Source: Longicatena caecimuris (GTDB lineage: Bacteria > Bacillota_I > Bacilli_A > Erysipelotrichales > Erysipelotrichaceae). From it: a stretch of DNA of 24,000 bases. The stretch lies in NCBI RefSeq assembly GCF_004341945.1, contig NZ_SMBP01000001.1, positions 1 to 24,000 of the forward strand. The letters run 5' to 3'. Below are positions 8,178 through 16,773 of this stretch, in pieces. A program made the translations under genes and the position numbers. How positions within the stretch are numbered: position 1 is the first letter of the stretch; every line of letters begins with the position of its first letter. The notes below the pieces were generated by a model. It was not told where the DNA came from and did not search any database. It saw only the letters and a program-made list of their open reading frames with translations.

Positions 8178-9734
8178 ATGGAAAATAATGCACTGCTCAT
8201 CTTTTTGTCTGCGTTGATAGGTCTTGCCGTTGGAATTATCGTTATGATAGTGGTATCAAAGGCAGGTTTAAATAAAGATCAGCAAAAGGCCAACCTGCTG
8301 CTGAAGGAAGCGGAAGCAAAAGCCGACGCAACCGTCAAGCAGGCAGTATTGGATGGTCGTACACAAGCGCATGAATTGAAACTTGCGGCAGAAAAAGAGA
8401 TAAAAGAACGCAAGCAGGAGGTTACCGATATGGAAAATAAACTCCTGCGCAGAGAAGACAATCTGAATTTCCGTGATGAAACATTGACAAGCAAAGAAAA
8501 ACAGATTGATCTGAAGAGTGCTCAATTAGCTGACAAAATGGCAATGCTAGATAAAAAAGACAAAGAGTTACAGGCAAAGATTGATGTACAGGTAGAGGAA
8601 TTGGAACGTGTAGCGGCCATGTCTACCAGTGAGGCAAAAGAAGAATTATTTGCAATCACCGAAAAACGTATGGAAAAAGAGTTGGTTGCCTACATCAAAG
8701 AAAAAGAAGAAGAGGCAAAAGCAACTGCAGATGAAAAGGCGCGCAACATCGTCGCACAAAGCATTCAGCGCTTATCGCAGGATGAGGCTGTTGATCGCAC
8801 TGTTTCCGTTGTTGCTTTACCAAGTGAAGAAATGAAAGGTAGAATCATCGGACGTGAAGGGCGTAATATCAAAGCCATTGAACAGGCGACTGGTGTTGAT
8901 TTGATTATTGATGATACGCCTGAAACGATTACTGTTTCTTGTTTTGATCCAATTCGCCGCGAAGTTGCAAGATTGGCATTGGAACATTTAATCAAAGATG
9001 GCCGTATTCAGCCGGGTCGTATTGAAGAAGTTGTCAATAAAATCAAGAAAGAAATGGATACCAACATCATGAAGACTGGTGAAGATACCGTCTTTAAATT
9101 GGGAATCGGTCGTATTGACCGTGAAATCATTAAGATGATTGGTCGTTTAAAGTACCGTTATTCTTATGGACAAAATGCATTACAACATAGTATGGAAGTT
9201 GCTCATCTGGCCGGTATGATGGCAGCTGAACTTGGTTTAAATCAGCAGCTGGCTAAACGTGCAGGCTTACTTCATGATATAGGAAAGGCTATGGATTTTG
9301 AGGTTGAGGGCAGTCATATTGAATTAGGCTACAAATTCTGTAAGAAACATGGTGAACGCGATGTGGTGTTGAATGCGATTCAGTCACATCATGGAGAAGT
9401 TGAACCGAAATTTCTCATAAGCAATTTGGTTATTGCTGCTGATACGATTAGTGCAGCGCGTCCAGGTGCTCGCTATGAAGCGTTACAGAATTATATCAAC
9501 CGTCTGGAAGAGCTTGAAAAGATTACAAAATCATTTGATGGTGTGGATAGTTCTTATGCGATCCAGGCAGGACGTGAAGTTCGTGTCATGGTCGTACCGG
9601 ATAAAGTAGATGATTTGGCTTGTCATAAACTTGCCCGTGACATCAAGGACAAGATTGAGGCGGAACTGACATATCCAGGACAGATCAAGGTTACGGTCAT
9701 TCGTGAAACAAGATCTTGTGAGCTGGCTAAATAA
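8178..9734 (+). CDS. rny: Ribonuclease Y (membrane-anchored endoribonuclease; coiled coil, KH and HD domains)
   Basis: N-terminal TM helix and a long coiled coil. KH motif: MKGRIIGREGRNIKAIE. HD motif: LLHDIGKA ... SHHGE. GGAGGA SD lies 8 nt upstream of ATG 8178. Confidence 0.96.
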   Translation: MENNALLIFLSALIGLAVGIIVMIVVSKAGLNKDQQKANLLLKEAEAKADATVKQAVLDGRTQAHELKLAAEKEIKERKQEVTDMENKLLRREDNLNFRDETLTSKEKQIDLKSAQLADKMAMLDKKDKELQAKIDVQVEELERVAAMSTSEAKEELFAITEKRMEKELVAYIKEKEEEAKATADEKARNIVAQSIQRLSQDEAVDRTVSVVALPSEEMKGRIIGREGRNIKAIEQATGVDLIIDDTPETITVSCFDPIRREVARLALEHLIKDGRIQPGRIEEVVNKIKKEMDTNIMKTGEDTVFKLGIGRIDREIIKMIGRLKYRYSYGQNALQHSMEVAHLAGMMAAELGLNQQLAKRAGLLHDIGKAMDFEVEGSHIELGYKFCKKHGERDVVLNAIQSHHGEVEPKFLISNLVIAADTISAARPGARYEALQNYINRLEELEKITKSFDGVDSSYAIQAGREVRVMVVPDKVDDLACHKLARDIKDKIEAELTYPGQIKVTVIRETRSCELAK

Positions 9735-9739
9735 AGAAT

Positions 9740-10525
9740 ATGAAAGTCTTATTTATAGGAGATATCGTAGGAGCTGTCGGAAGGGAAACTGTGAGCCGGC
9801 AGCTTCCTCTTTTGAAACAGCAGTATGCCATTGACTTGGTAATTGCAAATGGTGAAAATGCTGCTCATGGGAAAGGTATTACCCGCCGCATTTATAACCA
9901 ATTGCTGGCCTGTGGGATTGATGTCATCACCATGGGAAACCATACATTTTCTAAAAATGATATTTATCAGTTTATCGATGAAGCTGAGCGTATGGTACGC
10001 CCTGCCAACATGGAACCTTTAGAATATGGGGAACATACCGTTGTGATAAAGGTGCAGGGAAAACGTGTTGCCATCACGAATTTAAGTGGTGAAGTTTGGA
10101 TGAACAATGTAATAGATTCGCCGTTTTATTGCATGGAAGATATTCTTCAAGAAGTGGAAGCGGATATTTATCTGGTTGATCTTCATGCTGAGGCAACGAG
10201 CGAAAAAATCGCTTTTACGTATTGTTTTGCGGATCGCTTAAGTGCTGTGGTTGGCACACATACGCACGTACAAACAGCAGATGAACGAATCGTGTATGGA
10301 TGTGCGGCTATTACGGATTTGGGGATGTGCGGTGCATATACCAGTGTTTTAGGACGTGATGTGAATGAAATAGTAACGCGTTTTACAACACAAGAGAAGA
10401 CCAAATTCAAAATTGCTGAAGGTGAAGGAATTTTCTGTGGCGCTTTGGTGGATATCGATGATGCAACGAATCGCGCAATAGGTATCAAACGCATTCAGAT
10501 ACGTCCAGAACATGTTGAATGTTAA
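9740..10525 (+). CDS. ymdB: YmdB-family metallophosphoesterase (2',3'-cyclic-nucleotide 2'-phosphodiesterase)
   Basis: MKVLFIGDIVG..GR, VIANGENAAHGKGIT, ITMGNHTF, VDLHAEATSEK and GTHTHVQTADERI are the YmdB/TIGR00282-type signature. It lies immediately downstream of rny, as in B. subtilis. Confidence 0.9.
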   Translation: MKVLFIGDIVGAVGRETVSRQLPLLKQQYAIDLVIANGENAAHGKGITRRIYNQLLACGIDVITMGNHTFSKNDIYQFIDEAERMVRPANMEPLEYGEHTVVIKVQGKRVAITNLSGEVWMNNVIDSPFYCMEDILQEVEADIYLVDLHAEATSEKIAFTYCFADRLSAVVGTHTHVQTADERIVYGCAAITDLGMCGAYTSVLGRDVNEIVTRFTTQEKTKFKIAEGEGIFCGALVDIDDATNRAIGIKRIQIRPEHVEC

Positions 10526-10536
10526 TTGCTTAAAAT

Positions 10537-10582
10537 AGGAAGAAAGACAATGGAAAACCATTGAATGTTCTTCCTTTTTTTG
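10537..10582 (+). terminator. Intrinsic terminator after ymdB
   Basis: AGGAAGAA (10537-10544) pairs with TTCTTCCT (10568-10575). There is an inner AATGG/CCATT pairing, followed by a T-run of 7 or more. Confidence 0.75.
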
Positions 10583-10694
10583 AGTTTGATTGCTTTCATC
10601 TTTCTAACAGGTAAATGTTTAAAGCCTTATTTAGGGGAAACTTTATGATGATCGGATATGTACAAGAAAAGATTTCTCAAAGGGTTGTTCATAG

Positions 10695-10738
10695 TTTTGT
10701 GAAAGACGTAACAAGTGCGTCTTCACAAAAGTATTTTT
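10695..10738 (+). other. Strong imperfect hairpin (13 bp, one bulged A) followed by a T-run; function unclear (second terminator, sRNA end or protein operator)
   Basis: TTTTGTGAA(A)GACG (10695-10708), 9-nt loop, CGTCTTCACAAAA (10718-10730), then GTATTTTT. The outer arms are exactly TTGTGAA / TTCACAA. Confidence 0.4.
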
Positions 10739-10750
10739 GGCTTTAAATGC

Positions 10751-10779
10751 TTGCATGTCCTTGGAGATATTGGTATAAT
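10751..10779 (+). promoter_or_regulatory. Sigma-A-type promoter for the small ferredoxin gene
   Basis: TTGCAT (10751-10756), 17-nt spacer, TATAAT (10774-10779). AAAGGAGGA SD lies at 10792-10800. Confidence 0.65.
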
Positions 10780-10807
10780 AGGAATGGTTGTAAAGGAGGA
10801 ATAAAGA

Positions 10808-10981
10808 ATGCCAGTAAATGTAAATGCTGATACTTGCATCGGTTGTGGTGCTTGTGTAGGAGTTTGCCCAGTTGGAGCTTTATCCATGAACGCTGATTCT
10901 AAATCAGAATGCGATGAAGGAACTTGTATTGACTGCGGATCTTGTATTTCCGCTTGTCCAGTAGAAGCAATCTCTCAGTAA
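10808..10981 (+). CDS. Clostridial-type 2x[4Fe-4S] ferredoxin, 57 aa (not in the supplied ORF track)
   Basis: My translation is MPVNVNADTCIGCGACVGVCPVGALSMNADSKSECDEGTCIDCGSCISACPVEAISQ. It has two CxxCxxCxxxCP motifs. A perfect SD lies 7 nt upstream, and the gene has its own promoter and terminator. Confidence 0.88.
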   Translation: MPVNVNADTCIGCGACVGVCPVGALSMNADSKSECDEGTCIDCGSCISACPVEAISQ

Positions 10982-11008
10982 ACCAAGTAGAAATGCTTGG
11001 TTTTTTTA
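10981..11008 (+). terminator. Intrinsic terminator after the ferredoxin gene
   Basis: AACCAAG (10981-10987) pairs with CTTGGTT (10996-11002), followed by a T-run to 11007. Confidence 0.7.
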
Positions 11009-11067
11009 AGTCAAGATCATCCACTTAGGATGTTTATTATATTAGAAAAAAGAAAGCAGGGAAGTAA

Positions 11068-12507
11068 ATGAAAACACAGCCAGGATGGGCGTTGCCTAAT
11101 TTGCATGAGGCCCAAAAACGTACACAGAAAGAAGTCACGATTGAAAAAAGCTTGTTTCAAATACCTAGTGAAGTTAGAACACTGGGACAGGGAAAGAAAT
11201 ACTATCTAAGAACTTATGGATGTCAGGCGAATGAACGCGATTCTGAAACCTTGGCAGGTATTTTAGAAGAATTGATGTTTACACCGGTAGAACACCCTGA
11301 ACAGGCTGATTTGATTTTGTTAAACACATGTGCTATTCGTAAAAATGCTGAGGATAAGGTGTTGGGCGAGATCGGTTCTTTAAAGCGTTTGAAACGAAGC
11401 AATCCAGATTTGATTTTTGGTTTGTGTGGTTGTATGGCACAAGAAGAAGATGTCGTACAAGTGTTATTAGAAAAATATCGCCATGTCAATCTTATTTTTG
11501 GAACACATAACCTTCATCGTTTACCAGAACTTTTGTATGAGGTGATGGTTGGGCATAAGCGTAGTGTCGAGGTGTTGTCAAAAGAAGGCGATGTCATTGA
11601 AAATCTTCCGGTAAGACGTTTTGGCAAACATAAGGCTTGGGTCAATATTATGTATGGATGTGATAAATTTTGTACATATTGCATCGTCCCTTATACTAGA
11701 GGAAAAGAACGTTCCCGAGCTATGGCAGATGTATTGCAAGAAATACGTCAGTTAAAACAAGATGGCTATAAAGAAATTACATTGCTGGGGCAGAATGTTA
11801 ATTCTTATGGAAAAGATTTGCATATCGAAGGTGGTTTTGCGAAATTGTTGGAGGAAACGGCGAAAATTGGCATAGAACGTATTCGTTTTACAACAAGCCA
11901 TCCATGGGATTTTAGTGATGAGATGATTGATGTGATTGCACGTTATGACAATATTATGCCATTTATACATCTGCCGGTACAAAGTGGTGATGATGAAATT
12001 CTGAAGATTATGGGGCGTCGTTATACAAACGCACAATATCTCACCTTATTCCATAAGATCAAAGAACGTATGCCAGAGTGTGCAATCTCTACAGATATCA
12101 TTGTGGGTTTTCCTAATGAAAGCGAAGGACAGTTCCAACATACGTTAGATCTAGTGAAAGAATGTCAGTTCGATAATGCTTTTACCTTTATTTATTCTCC
12201 ACGAGAAGGAACACCGGCTGCACGTATGGCGGATAGTGTATCTTTGGAAGTCAAACAGCGTCGCTTGGCGGAACTTAATGCTTGTTGGAATCAGTATGCT
12301 CACGTTAAAAATGAGGCATATCTCGGTAAAGTAGTCAAGGTATTGGTGGATGGCGCCAGCAAGAAAAAGGCGAATGTATGGAGTGGCTATACAGAAACCA
12401 ATAAGCTCGTAAATTTTACTGGTGAGCATGTGACTGCTGGAGATATCGTAAAAGTGAAAATCACAGCATGCAAGACATTTTCTTTAGATGGTGAACAAAT
12501 TCTATAA
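11068..12507 (+). CDS. miaB: tRNA (i6A37) methylthiotransferase MiaB (radical SAM)
   Basis: The N-terminal UPF0004 domain carries Cys residues (YGCQANERDSE, LNTCAIRKNAE, GCMAQ). The radical-SAM motif is CDKFCTYC, and there is a C-terminal TRAM domain. The length (479 aa) and overall collinearity fit MiaB/YmcB. Confidence 0.93.
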   Translation: MKTQPGWALPNLHEAQKRTQKEVTIEKSLFQIPSEVRTLGQGKKYYLRTYGCQANERDSETLAGILEELMFTPVEHPEQADLILLNTCAIRKNAEDKVLGEIGSLKRLKRSNPDLIFGLCGCMAQEEDVVQVLLEKYRHVNLIFGTHNLHRLPELLYEVMVGHKRSVEVLSKEGDVIENLPVRRFGKHKAWVNIMYGCDKFCTYCIVPYTRGKERSRAMADVLQEIRQLKQDGYKEITLLGQNVNSYGKDLHIEGGFAKLLEETAKIGIERIRFTTSHPWDFSDEMIDVIARYDNIMPFIHLPVQSGDDEILKIMGRRYTNAQYLTLFHKIKERMPECAISTDIIVGFPNESEGQFQHTLDLVKECQFDNAFTFIYSPREGTPAARMADSVSLEVKQRRLAELNACWNQYAHVKNEAYLGKVVKVLVDGASKKKANVWSGYTETNKLVNFTGEHVTAGDIVKVKITACKTFSLDGEQIL

Positions 12508-12530
12508 AAAGTGAGCAATCACTTTTTTTA
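12507..12530 (+). terminator. Intrinsic terminator after miaB
   Basis: AAAAGTGA (12507-12514), loop GCAA, TCACTTTT (12519-12526), with the T-run continuing to 12529. Confidence 0.7.
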
Positions 12531-12591
12531 TGGTTTCGTTTATGGTTTTTGCGATAAAAAGCAATTCCCTTGTCTTTTTTTTGATGTTTAG

Positions 12592-12600
12592 TGGTATAAT
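12592..12600 (+). promoter_or_regulatory. Extended -10 promoter element upstream of rnj
   Basis: TGgTATAAT at 12592-12600. The only -35 candidate is weak (TTGTCT, 19-nt spacer). This implies a leader of about 80 nt before the ACGGAGGT SD. Confidence 0.45.
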
Positions 12601-12688
12601 ATCATTAGTTTATCATGGAATTTCGAGTTCATTCAGAATGAAACAATAAGAAAACATAATAACAATATGAAAACGGAGGTAACGATTT

Positions 12689-14350
12689 ATGGATCAAGTA
12701 CGCATTTTTGCGCTTGGTGGACTTGATGAAGATGGCAAGAATATGCTTGTCGTTGAAGTCAATGAAGCTATATTTATTATTGAAGCCGGATTAAAATATC
12801 CGGATACAGGACAGTTAGGAGTGGAATTCATCATTCCGGATTTCTCTTATCTGATCGAAAACAAAGAACGTATTCAAGGGATCTTCATCACCCATGCCCA
12901 TGATGATGTAGTGGCAGCCTTGCCATATTTATTAAAACAGGTGAATGCGCCAGTGTATACAGGTGCTTTAACTGCGAATATCATTCATGAGATGCTAAAA
13001 AAAGAAGGCATAAAGAATGCAAAGATTCATCGTTTAAAACGCTGCAGTAAGCAGACAATTGGAGGTGTCAAAATACGTACATTCCCAATGACACATGCAT
13101 TTCCTGACAATTTTGGATTGGCGATCAGTACCGATCAGGGATATATCGTCTATACAGGAGAATTTATCGTAGATTATGATATGCTTCAAAAAGAATATTT
13201 ATGTGATTTAAACGAATTAAGTGATATAGGAAAAAAAGGTGTTTTGTGTCTATTGTGTGAATCTCAGGGCGCTGATAAGAGTGGACACACGGCTCCTAAA
13301 CATCGCATTACATCTTTGATTGAACCGATTTTTGAAGCTAGTGAAGGAACACGAATTTTGATTTCCTGTTATTCCCAAAGTTTATTTCGCATCATAGAAA
13401 TTATTGAATTGGCGAAAAAGTTTAATCGCAAGATCTTTTTTCATGATAAAGGAATTCGTGAACTGTTAAAGCATTTAGAAACGATGAAATACTATCGCGT
13501 TCCAAAAGAGATGGAAATCAATGAAAAGAACTTTAGTGATGACATGGAAGATGTTGTCGTTTTGATTAGTGGCAATGGTAAAAATCTGTTCCGTACGATG
13601 ACAAATATCGCTAATCATGAAGATGCGCATGTAAGTTTCCGTACGAGTGATACGATTATTGTAGCCAGTCCAATTGTCAGTGGTACAGAATTAGATGCCA
13701 GCAATATGGAAAACGAAATTTATAAAGAGGGCGGCAAGATTTATACGCTGGATTCTAAAACCGTATTATCTATGCATCCATCCAGTGAAGATCTGAAAAT
13801 GATGCTGTATCTCTTCCAACCTAAATATTATATACCGATCAAAGGCGAGTATCGTCATTTATATGTAAATGCAAATTTAGCAACGAAAATGGGGTATTCA
13901 CCCGATCGTATTCTGATTTTGGAAAACGGACAGATTGCCTTATTTGAAAATAAAATCTTAAAGAGTGTCGCACAGCGTCTGGAATTAGAAGATACGATGA
14001 TTGACGGTAAGGAAAATTGGGATGTGACAGGTGTTGTCTTGAAGGATCGTGAGGTTCTATCGACAGATGGGGTGATGATCATCGGTGTTGGTGTTAATCA
14101 TAAGACGAAGGAAATATCCAATGGTCCGGATGTGCAGACTAGAGGGCTGATTTATTTAAAGGATGCAGAATATATCATTAAAGAAGTCGGTAATATCATG
14201 GAAAACTGTATCGAAAAAGCAGTAAAAGAAAAACGTTATGATAATTTGACAGTACGTGCAGAAGCGCGCGATAAGATCAGTAAATATTTAATGAAGGAAA
14301 CCGGGAAACGCCCGATGGTCTTACCGGTCATTATGGAAATTAATTCATAA
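12689..14350 (+). CDS. rnj: Ribonuclease J family protein (metallo-beta-lactamase/beta-CASP) with degenerate catalytic motifs, RNase J2-like
   Basis: Collinear with RNase J: IFALGGLDEDGKN, GVEFIIPDFSYL, FITHAHDD, RTFPMTHAFPDNFG, IVYTGEF, PKYYIPIKGEYRHL, and a C-terminal dimerisation domain. Its position directly upstream of ftsK resembles rnjB near spoIIIE in B. subtilis. Confidence 0.88.
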   Translation: MDQVRIFALGGLDEDGKNMLVVEVNEAIFIIEAGLKYPDTGQLGVEFIIPDFSYLIENKERIQGIFITHAHDDVVAALPYLLKQVNAPVYTGALTANIIHEMLKKEGIKNAKIHRLKRCSKQTIGGVKIRTFPMTHAFPDNFGLAISTDQGYIVYTGEFIVDYDMLQKEYLCDLNELSDIGKKGVLCLLCESQGADKSGHTAPKHRITSLIEPIFEASEGTRILISCYSQSLFRIIEIIELAKKFNRKIFFHDKGIRELLKHLETMKYYRVPKEMEINEKNFSDDMEDVVVLISGNGKNLFRTMTNIANHEDAHVSFRTSDTIIVASPIVSGTELDASNMENEIYKEGGKIYTLDSKTVLSMHPSSEDLKMMLYLFQPKYYIPIKGEYRHLYVNANLATKMGYSPDRILILENGQIALFENKILKSVAQRLELEDTMIDGKENWDVTGVVLKDREVLSTDGVMIIGVGVNHKTKEISNGPDVQTRGLIYLKDAEYIIKEVGNIMENCIEKAVKEKRYDNLTVRAEARDKISKYLMKETGKRPMVLPVIMEINS

Positions 14351-14376
14351 GTATTTTGTAGAGAAGGGAGGACAGT

Positions 14377-16773
14377 ATGGCAGCAAAAAAGAAAACAAAG
14401 AAAGCGCAAAAGAAAAAACAGGCAGCTGAAAATGAAATTCTGGTTTATATTTATGCCTTGGTCCTCATTACCTTATCCATTATCGGATGTCTGGAAATTG
14501 GCTTTTTAGGCAATCTGATCACAGGTGTTATCCAATATGTGACTGGAAATCTATATGGTGTCGTTTACGGTCTTATCATTGTTTTTTCCTTCATGTGGAT
14601 GCTTAAGAAAAATATTAGCGATGTACCTCTGAAATATACAACAGGGGTCATCGTTTTACTGAGCGCATGGCTAATTGCGGCAAGTCTGCCTAATGATGAA
14701 AAACTAACGGGGATGGACATACTATCCCATTTTCTTGGCAACAGTGCGCAAGTTTTTCATGGTGAACAGATTGGTGGTGGACTGATTGGTGCTTTTCTTG
14801 TGTCCATCACGACTTTTTTGGTGGATTATACGGGTACTAAGATCATTATCATCGCTTTAGTGGTCTTAGGCTGTATTTTGCTTATATCAGGGCCTTTATT
14901 TGCGTATTTACGGCAAGGGGCATCCGCATTCCAAAAGCCTTTTTCCTCAATGAAAGAAAATGCTCAAGCCAAACGTGAACAGCGACGAAATAAGAAAGCG
15001 TTGAAAAAGGAACAAAAGGTCGAAAAGACGAGTGAACAAGCAAATACCACACCTGCTAAGGAAAGCATGTTTGGTAAGATCAACTTGGAAGAACGCGTTC
15101 GTCCAGGACAGGTGTCTTTCTTAGATGTGGATGATGAGTTTGATATTATTACGGATGGTCGCAATGATGCTTTTGAACCGCTTGTGTCAAGCCAGGATGC
15201 TCATGAGGAAGAGGATGAGGTTGTCATAGGTTTTGGTACAGCTTCAAAAGCCGTGCAACAGCAAAAGGAAGATAAACGAATCATTGAAGAAACGATAGGA
15301 AAAAGTGATACATTCGTAAGTAGTTTTAAAGAGGATTGGTCAAAATATAAGTTGCCTAAGCTGACCTTGTTAAATGATATAGGAAAAAAAGCCCGCAGTA
15401 CTGCGAATATCAAGGCAGCAAATGAAAGTGGCCAGCGGTTGATTGAAATCTTAGATGAATTTGGTGTACGTGCTACTTTAATGGCTACGCACATTGGACC
15501 ATCTGTCACTAAATTTGAAGTAAAGCCGGATCTTGGCGTGCGTGTCAATAAAATCAGCAATTTGCAATATGATATTAAAATGGCACTAGCAGCAAAAGAT
15601 ATCCGAATTGAAGCACCGATACCTGGCAAAAGTGCTGTTGGCATCGAGATTCCCAATGTGGAAAAAACTAGTGTTAGCATGAAAGAATTGATGAAATCAG
15701 TTCCGGAAAAGTACCAGGATAAAAAAATGTTGTTTGCCTTAGGAAAAGATCTCATGGGCAGCTGTGTATATGGAGAACTCAACAAGATGCCCCATTTGTT
15801 AATTGCTGGAGCAACCGGAAGCGGGAAAAGTGTATGTGTGAATTCTATCATTACCTCTATATTAATGCGTGCAAGACCAGATGAGGTCAAGTTGCTATTA
15901 GTAGATCCCAAAAAGGTGGAGTTTACACCTTATAAGCAAATTCCCCATCTGTTAGGTCCGGTCATTACCGATGGAGAGGAAGCAAATCGCGCCTTAAAGG
16001 TAATTGTGGCCATGATGGATAAACGCTATGAACTATTTGCTATGGCGGGTGTACGTAACATTGCCGGCTATAATACATATATTGAAAATCATCCTGAGGA
16101 TGGTTTAGAAAAACTACCGTGGATCGTTGTCATCATAGATGAATTAGCTGATTTAATGTTAGTTGCAGCGAAAGAGGTTGAAGCAAGTATTCAACGTATT
16201 ACGCAGTTGGCACGCGCAGCCGGGATTCATTTGATCGTAGCCACACAACGCCCTAGTGTCGATGTTATCACTGGTGTCATTAAGGCCAATATTCCATCGC
16301 GTATCGCTTTTGCGGTATCTAGCGCTGTGGATTCACGAACGATACTGGACCAGATGGGTGCAGAAAAGCTCTTAGGTTATGGAGATATGTTATATATCCC
16401 GGTGGGAGAGACCAATCCTACCCGTGTACAAGGTGTGTTTGTAAGTGATGCGGAGGTACAGAGCATTTGTGACTTTGTCAGTGCCCAAGGAAAACCCAAA
16501 TATGAGGATGCTTTTTTACGTTTAGAGGCTGTAGATAGTGAATATGCTGCTACGCAGGAAAGTGCAGATCCCTTGTATGAAGAGGTAAAATCTTTTATAA
16601 TAAGTACTAGGAAGGCTAGTACATCATTGATACAGCGTAAGTTCAGTATTGGCTATGCCAGAGCTGCGCGGTTGATCGACGTATTGGAGGAACAAGGCGT
16701 TATCGGACCTAGTCGTGGTTCTAAGCCGCGTGAGGTGCTTGTACGCTATGAGGAGGATGATTTTGATGAGTAG
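14377..16773 (+). CDS. ftsK: DNA translocase FtsK/SpoIIIE
   Basis: N-terminal polytopic membrane domain, then a charged low-complexity linker. The motor domain has Walker A GATGSGKS and Walker B VVIIDELADL. The C-terminal gamma winged-helix reads SLIQRKFSIGYARAARLIDVLEEQGVIGP. AAGGGAGGA SD lies upstream of ATG 14377. Confidence 0.96.
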   Translation: MAAKKKTKKAQKKKQAAENEILVYIYALVLITLSIIGCLEIGFLGNLITGVIQYVTGNLYGVVYGLIIVFSFMWMLKKNISDVPLKYTTGVIVLLSAWLIAASLPNDEKLTGMDILSHFLGNSAQVFHGEQIGGGLIGAFLVSITTFLVDYTGTKIIIIALVVLGCILLISGPLFAYLRQGASAFQKPFSSMKENAQAKREQRRNKKALKKEQKVEKTSEQANTTPAKESMFGKINLEERVRPGQVSFLDVDDEFDIITDGRNDAFEPLVSSQDAHEEEDEVVIGFGTASKAVQQQKEDKRIIEETIGKSDTFVSSFKEDWSKYKLPKLTLLNDIGKKARSTANIKAANESGQRLIEILDEFGVRATLMATHIGPSVTKFEVKPDLGVRVNKISNLQYDIKMALAAKDIRIEAPIPGKSAVGIEIPNVEKTSVSMKELMKSVPEKYQDKKMLFALGKDLMGSCVYGELNKMPHLLIAGATGSGKSVCVNSIITSILMRARPDEVKLLLVDPKKVEFTPYKQIPHLLGPVITDGEEANRALKVIVAMMDKRYELFAMAGVRNIAGYNTYIENHPEDGLEKLPWIVVIIDELADLMLVAAKEVEASIQRITQLARAAGIHLIVATQRPSVDVITGVIKANIPSRIAFAVSSAVDSRTILDQMGAEKLLGYGDMLYIPVGETNPTRVQGVFVSDAEVQSICDFVSAQGKPKYEDAFLRLEAVDSEYAATQESADPLYEEVKSFIISTRKASTSLIQRKFSIGYARAARLIDVLEEQGVIGPSRGSKPREVLVRYEEDDFDE

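Noticed and set aside
10697-10728. Canonical Rex or CRP operator call for TTGTGAA...TTCACAA
   Set aside because: The half-sites are perfect, but the spacer is 18 nt instead of the 4 nt (Rex) or 6 nt (CRP) required for a dimer on one DNA face. It is reported only as an oddity, not as a Rex site.
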